Source: Clostridia bacterium (GTDB lineage: Bacteria > Bacillota > Clostridia > Monoglobales > Monoglobaceae). From it: a stretch of DNA of 64,000 bases. The position numbers and the translations under genes were made by a program. The DNA lies in NCBI GenBank assembly GCA_017409575.1, contig JAFQSM010000099.1, forward strand, positions 14,987 through 78,986, read 5' to 3'. Each line of letters starts with the position of its first letter. Position 1 is the stretch's first letter. This document shows positions 30,778-42,505 of this stretch, piece after piece. The notes under the pieces were generated by a model, which was not told the origin of the DNA, ran no database searches, and worked only from the letters and a program-made list of their open reading frames with translations.

Positions 30778-31248
30778 GTGTTTCACATAGGCGACAAAAT
30801 AGTTTATCCAATGCATGGCGCCGGCATCATTGTCGACATCGAAGAAAAAAAGATTTTAGGCGAAGTACATAAGTATTATGTTCTGCAAATACCCGTCAGC
30901 GATATGAAGGTTATGCTTCCGGTCAATAACACCGAAACCATAGGAATCAGAAATATCGTTTCTGATTCTGATGCCTCTGAGGCTATCACTCACTTTAAAA
31001 ATTGTGGCGAAAGTGAAAACAACAACTGGAATCAAAGATACCGCGAAAATATTGAAAAACTTAAAGGCGGAAATTTGATTGATGTGGCTACTGTTGCAAA
31101 AACGCTTCTTTTGCGTGACCAGAAAAAATCTCTTTCCAACGCCGAAAGAAAAATGCTTTCAAATGCAAAAAACATCCTTATATCCGAGCTAGTTTTGGCA
31201 AAAAACAAAAGCTACAGCGAGATTGAATCTCTTTTGTCCGAAGGATAG
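30778..31248 (+). CDS. CarD/CdnL family transcriptional regulator
   Basis: GTG start. MFHIGDKIVYPMHGAGIIVDIEEK (RNAP-interacting Tudor-like domain). Confidence 0.85.
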   Translation: MFHIGDKIVYPMHGAGIIVDIEEKKILGEVHKYYVLQIPVSDMKVMLPVNNTETIGIRNIVSDSDASEAITHFKNCGESENNNWNQRYRENIEKLKGGNLIDVATVAKTLLLRDQKKSLSNAERKMLSNAKNILISELVLAKNKSYSEIESLLSEG

Positions 31249-31257
31249 GAGGTCATT

Positions 31258-31962
31258 ATGACACAAAAAACAAAAAAATCCGCATCGGCAATAATTGTTG
31301 CGGCAGGCAGCGGCAACCGAATGGGAACTGATATCAACAAACAGTTTCTTTTGATTGACGAAATTCCCGTCCTTGCCCGCACCCTTAAAGCCTTTGACAA
31401 ATCAAACAGTATTGATAATATAATCGTAGTTGCAAAACAAGAAGATATCCTTTTGGTAAATGATCTTGTCCGCGAATTTGATATCTCAAAAATAAAAGCA
31501 ATTGTCCCCGGAGGAAAAACCCGGCAGGAATCAGTAATGAATGGTCTTAACCAGATTAAAAATGATGGTTTTGTCGCTGTCCACGACGGAGCAAGACCCT
31601 TTGTTTCGCCAAAGCTTATTGACAAACTGGTCAATGATGCTTTTGAATACGGAGCGTCAGCTCCCGGTGTTGTTCCAAAAGATACCGTCAAGGTTGCAGA
31701 CAATCTGGATTTTGTCGAAAAAACTCCAAATCGTGAAACTTTGCGCCTTATACAAACGCCTCAGGTTTTTCGCACAGATGAGCTGAAGCTTGCCTATATC
31801 CGTGCCAAAGAATCAGGATTTGAAGGAACAGATGACTGCTCGATTGTCGAAAACATGGGCATCCCGGTCCATCTGACATCAGGTGAATACACCAATATAA
31901 AGGTTACCACCCCCGAAGATTTGCCGATTGCTGAAGCAATCTGCGCCTACCTTGAAAAATAG
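31258..31962 (+). CDS. ispD: 2-C-methyl-D-erythritol 4-phosphate cytidylyltransferase
   Basis: 234 aa, [13 protein letters not shown]...VHDGARPF. Confidence 0.9.
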   Translation: MTQKTKKSASAIIVAAGSGNRMGTDINKQFLLIDEIPVLARTLKAFDKSNSIDNIIVVAKQEDILLVNDLVREFDISKIKAIVPGGKTRQESVMNGLNQIKNDGFVAVHDGARPFVSPKLIDKLVNDAFEYGASAPGVVPKDTVKVADNLDFVEKTPNRETLRLIQTPQVFRTDELKLAYIRAKESGFEGTDDCSIVENMGIPVHLTSGEYTNIKVTTPEDLPIAEAICAYLEK

Positions 31963-31988
31963 ATTACTGCTTACAAAGGAGTGATTTT

Positions 31989-32456
31989 ATGCGTATTGGA
32001 TTTGGATATGATGTCCACGCTTTTTCCGAAAACCGAAAACTTATACTTGGCGGAGTCGATATACCTCATTCGATCGGACTTCTGGGTCATTCTGACGCAG
32101 ATGTCCTTGTCCACGCCATTATGGATGCCCTTTTGGGTGCTGCTGCACTTGGCGATATAGGAAAACATTTCCCTGACACAGACGCCTTGTATAAGGATGC
32201 AGACAGCCTAAAACTTTTGACCGCTGTAGGTAATATTATTAAGGAAAACAATTATTCCATTTCCAACATTGACGCAACCATAGCAGCGCAAGCGCCAAAG
32301 CTTGCACCTTTCATTGACGAAATGCGATTGAACATAGCAAAGGCGCTTTCGCTTGATATATCCCAAATCTCGGTAAAAGCAACCACAACCGAGCATCTTG
32401 GTTTTGAGGGCAGAAAAGAGGGTATTTCTGCCTATGCTGTATGCCTTATTTTGTAA
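31989..32456 (+). CDS. ispF: 2-C-methyl-D-erythritol 2,4-cyclodiphosphate synthase
   Basis: 155 aa, [12 protein letters not shown]...[19 protein letters not shown]. Confidence 0.95.
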   Translation: MRIGFGYDVHAFSENRKLILGGVDIPHSIGLLGHSDADVLVHAIMDALLGAAALGDIGKHFPDTDALYKDADSLKLLTAVGNIIKENNYSISNIDATIAAQAPKLAPFIDEMRLNIAKALSLDISQISVKATTTEHLGFEGRKEGISAYAVCLIL

Positions 32457-32535
32457 AATATTCCGTATTCGCAAGATTTTGGTATATAAGCCGTATTAAT
32501 CGTCAATAATCAACTGTAATCAGTTGTAATCAAGT

Positions 32536-32564
32536 TTGAAATATTATATTTTTGTAATTATAAT
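32536..32564 (+). promoter_or_regulatory. groESL promoter
   Basis: TTGAAA (32536-32541), 17-nt spacer, TATAAT (32559-32564), immediately upstream of CIRCE. Confidence 0.65.
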
Positions 32565-32569
32565 AAGTG

Positions 32570-34577
<2,008 letters not shown>

Positions 34578-34591
34578 ACAATTTTTGATTC

Positions 34592-34642
34592 AAAAAGGGG
34601 CTGTTTCAAAAGTCGATTTGACTTTTGAAACAGCCCCTTTTG
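34592..34642. terminator. Strong bidirectional terminator after groEL
   Basis: A ~22-bp stem, AAAAGGGGCTGTTTCAAAAGTC / GACTTTTGAAACAGCCCCTTTT. Confidence 0.85.
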
Positions 34643-34672
34643 TATGAGGGATAGGAAAAAAACTTCTGGATT

Positions 34673-34797
34673 AACAAACTGATCCAAAGCTTTAGCTTTG
34701 GGTTCCCCGAAGGCGTACTTGTGTACGTCAAGAGGCGAAGTTTGTTGATAGCAAGAAAAGATTGTTTCTTAAGAAAAAACGAAAAACTTCGCTTTTT
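34673..34797 (+). ncRNA. Candidate structured RNA: three-way junction plus overlapping terminator-like helix (unclassified)
   Basis: P1 AACAAACT(34673-80)/AGTTTGTT(34739-46). P2 CCAAAGC-ttta-GCTTTGG. P3 GGCGTAC-ttgt-GTACGTC, which has one G.U pair that is only valid on the plus strand. GCGAAGTTT(34735-43)...AAACTTCGC(34784-92)+TTTTT competes with P1. Confidence 0.3.
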
Positions 34798-34917
34798 CTA
34801 CCTTTTTACAATTAATATTATGACAATTGAATTGATGCTATTCTATTATTATCCTCTTTTCTTGCGGTCAGGAGTTTTTTAACATCCCTCCACCTTCCTC
34901 AATTTTCCTAAAACCCC

Positions 34918-34946
34918 TTGACAAATATCGGTTTGTGAATTAAAAT
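34918..34946 (+). promoter_or_regulatory. Candidate promoter for the amino-acid ABC transporter operon
   Basis: TTGACA (34918-34923), 17-nt spacer, TAAAAT (34941-34946). Confidence 0.5.
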
Positions 34947-34985
34947 ATCTTTATAATATTTACATATCCTTAGGAGGAGATTAAA

Positions 34986-35732
34986 ATGAAAAAAATTATC
35001 GCATTAACACTTGCTCTTATGCTGATGGTTTGCTGTCTTGCAGGCTGCGGCGAAAAGAAAAACGAAAATGTACTTACAATGGCTACAAACGCTGAATTCC
35101 CTCCCTTTGAATATCTCGAAGGTGAGACAATCGTTGGCGCTGATGTTGATATCGCAAACGCAATAGCTGAAAAGCTTGGCAAAACACTTGAAATCACAAA
35201 CATCGACTTTGACGCAGCACTTACCGGCGCTGCTACAGGCAAATACGATGTTGCAATCGCAGGCGTTACCGCTACCGATGAAAGAAGACAGAATATGGGC
35301 TTTACAAATGACTACTACACAGCATCTCAGGCAATCATTGTTACTGCTGACAGTGCTATCAAAGCAGCCAGCGACCTTGAAGGCAAGACAATCTCATGCC
35401 AGGAAGGTACAACAGGCGAGCAGTATCTCCTTGACAACAGCTACACCGTACAGTCTTTCAAAACAGGTGCCGAAGCTATCACAGCTCTTGTTTCGGGCAA
35501 AGTTGACGCTGTTGTAATTGACGATGCTGTTGCAAGAGCTCTTTCTGCAAAGCAGGACGGCAAGACAGTTGTTCTTGACGAAGCTCTTACAGAAGAAGCT
35601 TACGCTATCGTTACAAAGCTTGGCAATGACGCTTTGATCGAGGAAATCAACACCGCTCTTGCTGAACTTAAAGAAGAAGGAAAGCTCGCAGAAATCTTTG
35701 AAAAGTACGAACTTCCCTATGACGCTGAATAA
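34986..35732 (+). CDS. Amino-acid ABC transporter substrate-binding lipoprotein (PAAT family)
   Basis: 248 aa. Lipoprotein signal with lipobox LAGC. Type-3 SBP sequence (FPPFEY, DVAIAGVTATDERR). Confidence 0.85.
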   Translation: MKKIIALTLALMLMVCCLAGCGEKKNENVLTMATNAEFPPFEYLEGETIVGADVDIANAIAEKLGKTLEITNIDFDAALTGAATGKYDVAIAGVTATDERRQNMGFTNDYYTASQAIIVTADSAIKAASDLEGKTISCQEGTTGEQYLLDNSYTVQSFKTGAEAITALVSGKVDAVVIDDAVARALSAKQDGKTVVLDEALTEEAYAIVTKLGNDALIEEINTALAELKEEGKLAEIFEKYELPYDAE

Positions 35733-35756
35733 TCAGTCAGTTTGATTTGAAACAAC

Positions 35757-35788
35757 AAAAAAGCGGCGAACATTTGTCGCCGCTTTTT
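35757..35788 (+). terminator. Intra-operon hairpin/partial terminator between the SBP and permease genes
   Basis: AAGCGGCGA-acatttg-TCGCCGCTT followed by TTT. Confidence 0.6.
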
Positions 35789-35809
35789 AATTAGAGAAAG
35801 GTTTTTATT

Positions 35810-36505
35810 ATGGATTGGCTTTTCAATTGGTTTGATACATTATACAACACTTTTATTGTTGCCGAAAGATATAAAACTTTGATAGAAGGTTTTGGCAAGA
35901 CAATAATCATTACCATCGGTGCACTTGTCATAGGTGTAATCATCGGAACGATCGTTGCCATTATCAAGGTTTTTGCAGACCGCAACAAAAAGCTCAGAAT
36001 TTTTGATATGCTGTGCAATCTGTACCTTACAGTCATCCGAGGAACGCCGGTTGTTGTTCAGCTTCTTATTTCGTTCTTCATCATTTTTGTAAATGCAAAA
36101 GATGGTACATGGGTTGCAATAATTACCTTTGGTATAAACTCAGGTGCATATGTAGCAGAAGTTATCCGCTCGGGCATAATGGCTATTGACAGCGGACAAA
36201 CAGAAGCAGGCCGTTCCCTCGGCTTTTCGCGGGTCCAGACAATGTGGCTTATTATCCTTCCGCAGGCATTCAAAAATATTCTTCCTGCTATAGGAAACGA
36301 AATGATTGCTCTTCTTAAGGAAACATCTGTTGCAGGCTATGTTGCAGTTGTAGAACTTACAAAAGCCGGCAACCAAATCAAAAATACAACCTATGACCAG
36401 ATAAACCCCATTTTGTTGGTTGCCATTGTTTATTTGGTTATGGTTGTAGGACTCACCAAACTCCTTAGCATATTTGAAAGGAGATTAAGAAAAAATGAAC
36501 GCTAA
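35810..36505 (+). CDS. Amino-acid ABC transporter permease (His/Glu/Gln/Arg/opine family)
   Basis: 231 aa, EAGRSLGFS...ILPQA EAA-loop motif. Confidence 0.9.
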   Translation: MDWLFNWFDTLYNTFIVAERYKTLIEGFGKTIIITIGALVIGVIIGTIVAIIKVFADRNKKLRIFDMLCNLYLTVIRGTPVVVQLLISFFIIFVNAKDGTWVAIITFGINSGAYVAEVIRSGIMAIDSGQTEAGRSLGFSRVQTMWLIILPQAFKNILPAIGNEMIALLKETSVAGYVAVVELTKAGNQIKNTTYDQINPILLVAIVYLVMVVGLTKLLSIFERRLRKNER

Positions 36506-37238
36506 TTCTCTTATCTCTACAAACAATCTTTGCAAATATTATAACGGCGGAAAAATCAAAGCTCTTGACGGAGTAACCTCCGAAATCAAAAAAGGCGAAG
36601 TTGTTGTTGTAATCGGTCCGTCAGGTTCGGGCAAATCTACATATCTGCGTTCGCTCAATCTTCTTGAAAATCCCACTTCAGGTCAGATTATTTTCGAGGG
36701 AACAGATATAACCGACCCAAAGACAAACATCAATCTTCACAGGCAAAAAATGGGAATGGTTTTTCAGCAGTTTAACCTTTTTCCGCATATGAATGTACTC
36801 AAAAACCTGACCATTGCCCCTATGAAGTTGCTTAAAATGGATAAAGCTGAAGCCGATAAGAAAGCTATGGCTCTTCTCAAACGAGTGGGTCTTGCAGACC
36901 GCAGCGAAGCTTATCCTGCTCAACTTTCGGGTGGACAGAAACAGCGTGTTGCAATTGTGCGCGCTCTTATGATGAGTCCTGATGTTATGCTTTTTGACGA
37001 ACCCACCTCCGCCCTTGACCCCGAAATGGTCGGCGAAGTTCTGGATGTTATGAAAGAGCTTGCCAAAGAGGGTATGACCATGGTTGTCGTTACTCACGAA
37101 ATGGGTTTTGCACGCGAAGTTGCCGACCGTGTAATCTTTATGTCAGACGGCAAAATAGTCGAAGAGGGCACACCTGATGAAATCTTCACTAATCCTCACG
37201 ACCCAAGAACAAAACAATTTTTGCAGAGTATTTTATAA
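36495..37238 (+). CDS. Amino-acid ABC transporter ATP-binding protein (GlnQ-like)
   Basis: 247 aa, Walker [10 protein letters not shown], signature LSGGQKQR, Walker [12 protein letters not shown]. Overlaps the permease gene by 11 nt. Confidence 0.95.
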   Translation: MNANSLISTNNLCKYYNGGKIKALDGVTSEIKKGEVVVVIGPSGSGKSTYLRSLNLLENPTSGQIIFEGTDITDPKTNINLHRQKMGMVFQQFNLFPHMNVLKNLTIAPMKLLKMDKAEADKKAMALLKRVGLADRSEAYPAQLSGGQKQRVAIVRALMMSPDVMLFDEPTSALDPEMVGEVLDVMKELAKEGMTMVVVTHEMGFAREVADRVIFMSDGKIVEEGTPDEIFTNPHDPRTKQFLQSIL

Positions 37239-37242
37239 TTTC

Positions 37243-37274
37243 AAAGCGGTATTCAGATGAATACCGCTTTTTTA
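37243..37274 (+). terminator. Terminator after the ABC transporter operon
   Basis: AAAGCGGTATTCA-ga-TGAATACCGCTTT followed by TTT. Confidence 0.85.
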
Positions 37275-37343
37275 TATTGATTTTTTTGCAAAATAATGGT
37301 ATACTTTAGCTGAAAGATAACTAAAGAGAGGATTGTTTCACTT

Positions 37344-38108
37344 ATGCTACTTGCAATTGACATCGGAAATACAAACATTGTACTTGGCGGCTTTGTCGGG
37401 GATAATCTTGAATTTGTTGCCCGTATTGCTACAAATGCCAACAAAACAGCAGATGAATATGCCACAAAAATCCGCAGCATTCTTGCTCTGCACAATGTTG
37501 ACAAATCTTCTGTCGAGGGGGCAATTATTTCTTCGGTTGTTCCTCCTCTCAACTCGGTAATCAGCAACGCCATAAGCTTTGTTTACAGCGTTACACCAAT
37601 TATGGTTGGTCCCGGAATCAAAACCGGAATAAACATCCAGTGTGACAATCCGTCTAGTGTGGGCGCGGACCTTGTTTGCGCTTGCGTTGCCGCTCATCAC
37701 CTTTACGGTAGTCCGTCTTTGATCGTTGATATGGGAACAGCCACAAAAATTATGGTTGTTGACAAAACAGGCACCTTTATCGGCGTTTCTATCATCCCTG
37801 GCGTAAACATCGCACTCAAGGCTCTTTCAAGCGGAACAGCACAGCTTCCGCAAATCAGTTTAGAGGCACCAAAATCTGTTATCGGAAAAAACACTATCGA
37901 CTGTATGAAATCCGGTATAGTATTTGGTAACGCAAGTCTTATTGATGGTATGATAGACCGTTTCTGTGACGAAATGGGCGAAGAATTGCCGGTATATGGC
38001 ACAGGTGGTCTTGCCCCCACCATACTTTGCCATTGCAAGCACAATATTATAATTGATGCTGATATGGTCCTTAAAGGCCTTAACATTTTATACAAAAAGA
38101 ATATCTGA
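37344..38108 (+). CDS. coaX: Type III pantothenate kinase
   Basis: 254 aa, MLLAIDIGNTNIVLG...GADLV...VDMGTATK. Confidence 0.9.
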   Translation: MLLAIDIGNTNIVLGGFVGDNLEFVARIATNANKTADEYATKIRSILALHNVDKSSVEGAIISSVVPPLNSVISNAISFVYSVTPIMVGPGIKTGINIQCDNPSSVGADLVCACVAAHHLYGSPSLIVDMGTATKIMVVDKTGTFIGVSIIPGVNIALKALSSGTAQLPQISLEAPKSVIGKNTIDCMKSGIVFGNASLIDGMIDRFCDEMGEELPVYGTGGLAPTILCHCKHNIIIDADMVLKGLNILYKKNI

Positions 38109-38195
38109 TTGTGTATATTATCCTCTTTCAGAGGTTAGTATGAAAAATTTTATGCGTTGTATCGCATTTTGCGAACGACAGCAAGGAGGAATTTT

Positions 38196-38780
38196 ATGAA
38201 AACACAAAAGAAACTGTCAACAAAGAACCTGGTTCTTGCTGCAATCCTTACCGCACTGGTAATTATACTGCAGTTTATGGGCGCATTTGTCCACTTTGGA
38301 CCATTTTCAATCTCACTGGTTTTGATACCAATTGTCATCGGTGCCGCATCATGTGGCAAAGGCATTGGCGCATGGCTCGGCTTTGTTTTTGGAATTGTGG
38401 TTCTGGCAAGCGGTGATGCAGCAGCTTTTCTTGCCATCAACCCGCTTGGCACAGTCCTTACAGTTCTGCTCAAGGGCACAGCCTGTGGATTTCTTGCAGG
38501 ACTTGCTTACAAATCACTTGAAAAAACAAACAAAACTCTTGCCGTTGTTTTGGCAGCAATTGTTTGCCCGCTTACAAACACAGGCGTTTTCTTGCTTGGT
38601 TGCCTTGCTTTCTTTATGGGTACCATTGCTGAATGGGCATCCGCCTTTGGCTTTGAAAACAATGTTGCACAGTATATGATTTTTGTTCTTGTGGGTGCAA
38701 ACTTTTTGTTTGAGCTTTTGACCAACATAATCCTAAGTCCGATAATTGTAAGACTTTTAAACATCAGAAAGGCAAACTGA
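38196..38780 (+). CDS. ECF transporter S component (FolT/PanT-like)
   Basis: Start trimmed to MKTQKKLSTKNLVLAAILTAL after AAGGAGG. About 6 TM helices, small S-component size. No adjacent ecfA/ecfT. Confidence 0.65.
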   Translation: MKTQKKLSTKNLVLAAILTALVIILQFMGAFVHFGPFSISLVLIPIVIGAASCGKGIGAWLGFVFGIVVLASGDAAAFLAINPLGTVLTVLLKGTACGFLAGLAYKSLEKTNKTLAVVLAAIVCPLTNTGVFLLGCLAFFMGTIAEWASAFGFENNVAQYMIFVLVGANFLFELLTNIILSPIIVRLLNIRKAN

Positions 38781-38781
38781 T

Positions 38782-39489
38782 ATGTCTGAAAAATTTTCAC
38801 GAACCGAAATGCTTTTAGGAACTGAAAATATGAATAAACTACAAACCGCCCATGTGGCGGTTTTTGGTCTTGGCGGAGTCGGCGGGCACGCGGTTGAAGC
38901 ACTTGCACGCTCGGGCGTTGGTTGTTTTTCGCTTTTTGACGCCGATACAGTTGCTGAAAGCAACTTAAATCGCCAGATTATCGCAACAATCGATACAGTT
39001 GGCAAAAATAAGACCGAAGCAATGAAAAATCGTATTCTAAGTATCAATCCTGACGCGAAAGTAATTACTCACAAAATCTTCTATCTGCCCGAAAATGCCG
39101 ACAATTTTCTGCTTTCAGGCTATGATTATGTAGTCGATGCAATCGACACAGTAAGCGCAAAAATCGAGCTTGCGGTCAGATGCGAAAACGAGGGGATACC
39201 TCTTATCAGCTCTATGGGTACAGGCAACAAGTTAAACCCTGCCGAGCTTAAGGTAACAGATATTTACAAAACCTCGGTTTGTCCATTGGCACGAGTAATG
39301 CGCCGTGAGCTTAAAGCCCGGGGAATCAAAAAACTAAAGGTTGTATATTCCGAGGAGAAACCTATCACTCCTCTTTTTGCCGAAAGCTCTACGAATGGTA
39401 AGCAATCCCCCGGCAGTACAGCCTTTGTTCCATCCGTTGCAGGACTTATTATTGCCAGTGAAGTTATAAAAGATTTGTGTGACATTTAA
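38782..39489 (+). CDS. tcdA: tRNA threonylcarbamoyladenosine dehydratase (ThiF/MoeB-family, TcdA-like)
   Basis: 235 aa, VAVFGLGGVGGHAVEALARSGVG Rossmann motif, about 235-aa E1-like core only. Confidence 0.75.
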   Translation: MSEKFSRTEMLLGTENMNKLQTAHVAVFGLGGVGGHAVEALARSGVGCFSLFDADTVAESNLNRQIIATIDTVGKNKTEAMKNRILSINPDAKVITHKIFYLPENADNFLLSGYDYVVDAIDTVSAKIELAVRCENEGIPLISSMGTGNKLNPAELKVTDIYKTSVCPLARVMRRELKARGIKKLKVVYSEEKPITPLFAESSTNGKQSPGSTAFVPSVAGLIIASEVIKDLCDI

Positions 39490-39514
39490 AAACCGCCCAA
39501 TCAGGACGGTTTTT

Positions 39515-39991
39515 TTATAATGTTTTTGCAATATCATTTGCAAGTTCAAGTGCTTTAACTGCAGTTTGTTCTCTTACCTCGTCACGATTTCCGTCAAACA
39601 AAAACCTCTCTGCCTTGCAAATTTCTTTACCGCAAACTCCAATCCACACAGTTCCGACAGGTTTTTCAGGCGTTCCGCCTGTTGGACCTGCAATACCGGT
39701 GACCGAAATACCAATATCCGCTTTTGCAAGCTTTCTTACTCCCCTGCACATTTCCAATGCGGTTTCTTTGGATACTGCTCCGTGATTTTTAAGAGTCTTT
39801 TTGCTTACTCCCAAAAGTTTGTGTTTTTGCTCGTTTGAATAAGTCACAACTCCTGCATCAAAGCAATCCGATGCCCCCGAAACCGAGGTTATCTTTGCCG
39901 CGATCATACCTCCGGTACAGCTTTCGGCGGTCGCAATTTTAAGCCCTTTTTCAAGCAAACTTTGGCAAAGTATTTTTTCTGTACATTCCAT
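39515..39991 (-). CDS. CinA-family nicotinamide-nucleotide amidohydrolase domain protein (PncC-like)
   Basis: 158 aa, ATAESCTGGMIAAKITSVSGAS...GISVTGIAGPTGG. Confidence 0.85.
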   Translation of the reverse strand: MECTEKILCQSLLEKGLKIATAESCTGGMIAAKITSVSGASDCFDAGVVTYSNEQKHKLLGVSKKTLKNHGAVSKETALEMCRGVRKLAKADIGISVTGIAGPTGGTPEKPVGTVWIGVCGKEICKAERFLFDGNRDEVREQTAVKALELANDIAKTL

Positions 39992-41166
39992 TATTTAATC
40001 ACCAGAACTTCTTCCTCTGAAATCGCTTTTTCTATCATTTCTTCAATATCATCAAGTGCTTTTTCAGCCTCGATTATTTCAGCAAGGTCAGGTTTTGTTT
40101 TTGGATGTTTGGGTACAAATATGGTGCAGCAGTCCTCGTACGGCAAAATTGAAGTTTCGTAGGTTTCAATCTTTTTCGAGATTGTCACAATCTCCTCCTT
40201 ATCCATTCCGATAAGTGGTCTGAAAACCGGCATTTCGACAGCGTTGTCGGTGCACACAAGGCTTTCCATAGTCTGGCTTGCCACCTGGCCTATGCTTTCG
40301 CCTGTAATAAGCGCCGCCGAGCCGTTTTGCCGTGAAACTTTTTCGGCAATCTGCATCATAATTCTGCGCATAATTATTGTCAGGTAATTTTCGGGGCATT
40401 TTTCGATAATCGCAAGCTGAATTTCGGTAAACGGTACTATATGAAGCTTGATTTTTCCGCAATACTGCGAAACCTCTTTGGCAAGGTCAATCACCTTTTC
40501 CTTTGCTCTGTCGCTTGTGTAAGGATGGCTGTGAAAGTGCACCGCCTCAATCTCGACGCCGCGCTTTGCAATCATATATCCTGCAACAGGGCTGTCTATG
40601 CCGCCCGACAAAAGCAGGGTCGCTTTTCCGTTTGTGCCGACAGGCATCCCTCCTGCTCCCTTTATCTTTTGGGTATAAACATACGCCTCACCACGAATTT
40701 CTACATTAACCACGATTTCGGGGTTGTGAACATCAACACGAAGTCCCTCAACCCTGTCAAGAAGAATTCCACCAAGCTCCATACAAAGCTGAGGAGAGTT
40801 AAGCGGGAATTTTTTATCTTCTCTCTTTGCCTCAACCTTGAAGCTTTTTCCCGAAGGGTCAAGCCCGCTCAAACATTCCTGAGCAGTCTTTGCAATGCTT
40901 TCCATATTTTTTTCACACTTTACAACAGGGCAGATATTAACTATTCCAAAAATCTTTTTAAGGATTTTTAATGCCTGGTTCATATCAGCCGCATCATCAA
41001 GAGGCTCAACATACACAGTTGACTGAGCGCGTCTTACACTAAACTTTCCAATTTTATCAAGACGGCTTTTGATATTGTCAAGCAGCTTTCTTTCAAATAT
41101 TGGCTTATTCAAACCCTTGAGTGCAATCTCTCCGTACTTTAATAAAATCAAATCTATCTTTTGCAT
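39991..41166 (-). CDS. thiI: tRNA 4-thiouridine synthase ThiI
   Basis: 391 aa, THUMP domain plus PP-loop LLSGGIDSPVA. Confidence 0.9.
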   Translation of the reverse strand: MQKIDLILLKYGEIALKGLNKPIFERKLLDNIKSRLDKIGKFSVRRAQSTVYVEPLDDAADMNQALKILKKIFGIVNICPVVKCEKNMESIAKTAQECLSGLDPSGKSFKVEAKREDKKFPLNSPQLCMELGGILLDRVEGLRVDVHNPEIVVNVEIRGEAYVYTQKIKGAGGMPVGTNGKATLLLSGGIDSPVAGYMIAKRGVEIEAVHFHSHPYTSDRAKEKVIDLAKEVSQYCGKIKLHIVPFTEIQLAIIEKCPENYLTIIMRRIMMQIAEKVSRQNGSAALITGESIGQVASQTMESLVCTDNAVEMPVFRPLIGMDKEEIVTISKKIETYETSILPYEDCCTIFVPKHPKTKPDLAEIIEAEKALDDIEEMIEKAISEEEVLVIK

Positions 41167-41181
41167 ATCGTATCTCTCCTG

Positions 41182-42345
41182 TTATCTTTTCATCAGTTTT
41201 CGTATATTTTTTACATTTTCAACAAGTCTTTCAACGGTGTAATCAATTTCTTTTTCTGTAGTAAATTCAGACAAGCTGAACCTGATGCTTCCGTCAATCA
41301 TTTTGCGGTCAACTCCAAGCGCCGAAAGAACATAGCTGGGACCTTTTTTGTGGCTGGAACACGCCGAGCCCGACGAAACATAAATTCCATCGTTTTCAAG
41401 TGAATGAAGCAAAACCTCGGATTTTACATATGCAAACGACACATTCAGTATATGCGGTGCCGCATTCGCATCGGGTGTGTTGATCAAAACATCCCCTATA
41501 TTATTCAAAATTCCGTTCTTCAACCTTTGCTTCAGATATTCCATCTTTTCAATCTTTTGGTTCATATTATTGTGGCACATCTCTGCTGCCAGACCAAATC
41601 CAGCAATTCCCGGGACATTCTCGGTCCCCGGTCTTATTCCATTTTGCTGACCGCCGCCAAATTGCACCGGCAAAAGTTTGGATTTGCTGCGGACATAAAG
41701 TGCGCCAACGCCCTTTGGCCCGTGAATCTTGTGGCTGCTGAGTGAAATAAAGTCTGCATTCAGCGACCCAACATCAATCGGAAGCTTTCCATACGCCTGT
41801 ACCGCATCTATATGAAACAAAGTTCCCGGATTTGTCTTTTTTATAATTTTCCCCATACTTTCTACCGGCTGAACAGCACCAGTCTCGTTGTTGACAAACA
41901 TACAAGTAACAAGCACCGTATCTTTGCGCAGCATCTTAGAAAACCTGGCGGTATCAATAATTCCATTTTTTTGAACAGGAATATACTCAACGATATAGCC
42001 TTTCTTTTCTAATTGTTGCAGAGCAGACATTACTGCCGGATGCTCAACATTTGAGCTCAAGATATGATTGCCGCGGTTTGCATTGCAGCCGCCGATAATA
42101 GCAAGATTATCCGCCTCGGTCCCGCCGGATGTGAAATATATTTCTGCGGGCGAAGCTTTGATTGTCACCGCTATTTGCTCTTTTGCTTTTTTGATTAGTT
42201 TTTCCGCTTCTATTCCTTTTCGATGCAGCGAAGAAGGGTTTCCATAAGAACTGCACATTGCATCAAGTGCAAGTGCGGCGCTCTCGCTGTATACACGGGT
42301 TGTCGCGCTGTTGTCAAGATATACTGTTTCCAACGCTGAATTCAT
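41182..42345 (-). CDS. Cysteine desulfurase (NifS/IscS family)
   Basis: 387 aa, SSHKIHGPKGVGALY PLP-lysine motif and SGSACS active-site cysteine loop. Upstream of thiI. Confidence 0.9.
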   Translation of the reverse strand: MNSALETVYLDNSATTRVYSESAALALDAMCSSYGNPSSLHRKGIEAEKLIKKAKEQIAVTIKASPAEIYFTSGGTEADNLAIIGGCNANRGNHILSSNVEHPAVMSALQQLEKKGYIVEYIPVQKNGIIDTARFSKMLRKDTVLVTCMFVNNETGAVQPVESMGKIIKKTNPGTLFHIDAVQAYGKLPIDVGSLNADFISLSSHKIHGPKGVGALYVRSKSKLLPVQFGGGQQNGIRPGTENVPGIAGFGLAAEMCHNNMNQKIEKMEYLKQRLKNGILNNIGDVLINTPDANAAPHILNVSFAYVKSEVLLHSLENDGIYVSSGSACSSHKKGPSYVLSALGVDRKMIDGSIRFSLSEFTTEKEIDYTVERLVENVKNIRKLMKR

Positions 42346-42505
42346 CGCCTTTCTTTCCGCCCTTTTACTTAAAATAACGCCTATCAGCGGAACAGATAAG
42401 CGTATTTTTTAGGATGATTAAAAACCACCTGATATTATATTATGTAATATTTTTGGTATTGTGAGATTTATTATAACGACAGTCTTTAACAAAACACTGA
42501 TTATA

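Noticed and set aside
34643-34985. T-box or lysine/glutamine riboswitch controlling the downstream amino-acid ABC transporter
   Set aside because: I found no T-box 14-mer (AAnnnGGGTGGTACCGCG-like), no specifier-loop architecture and no L-box core. A separate good promoter (34918-34946) lies downstream of the structured element.
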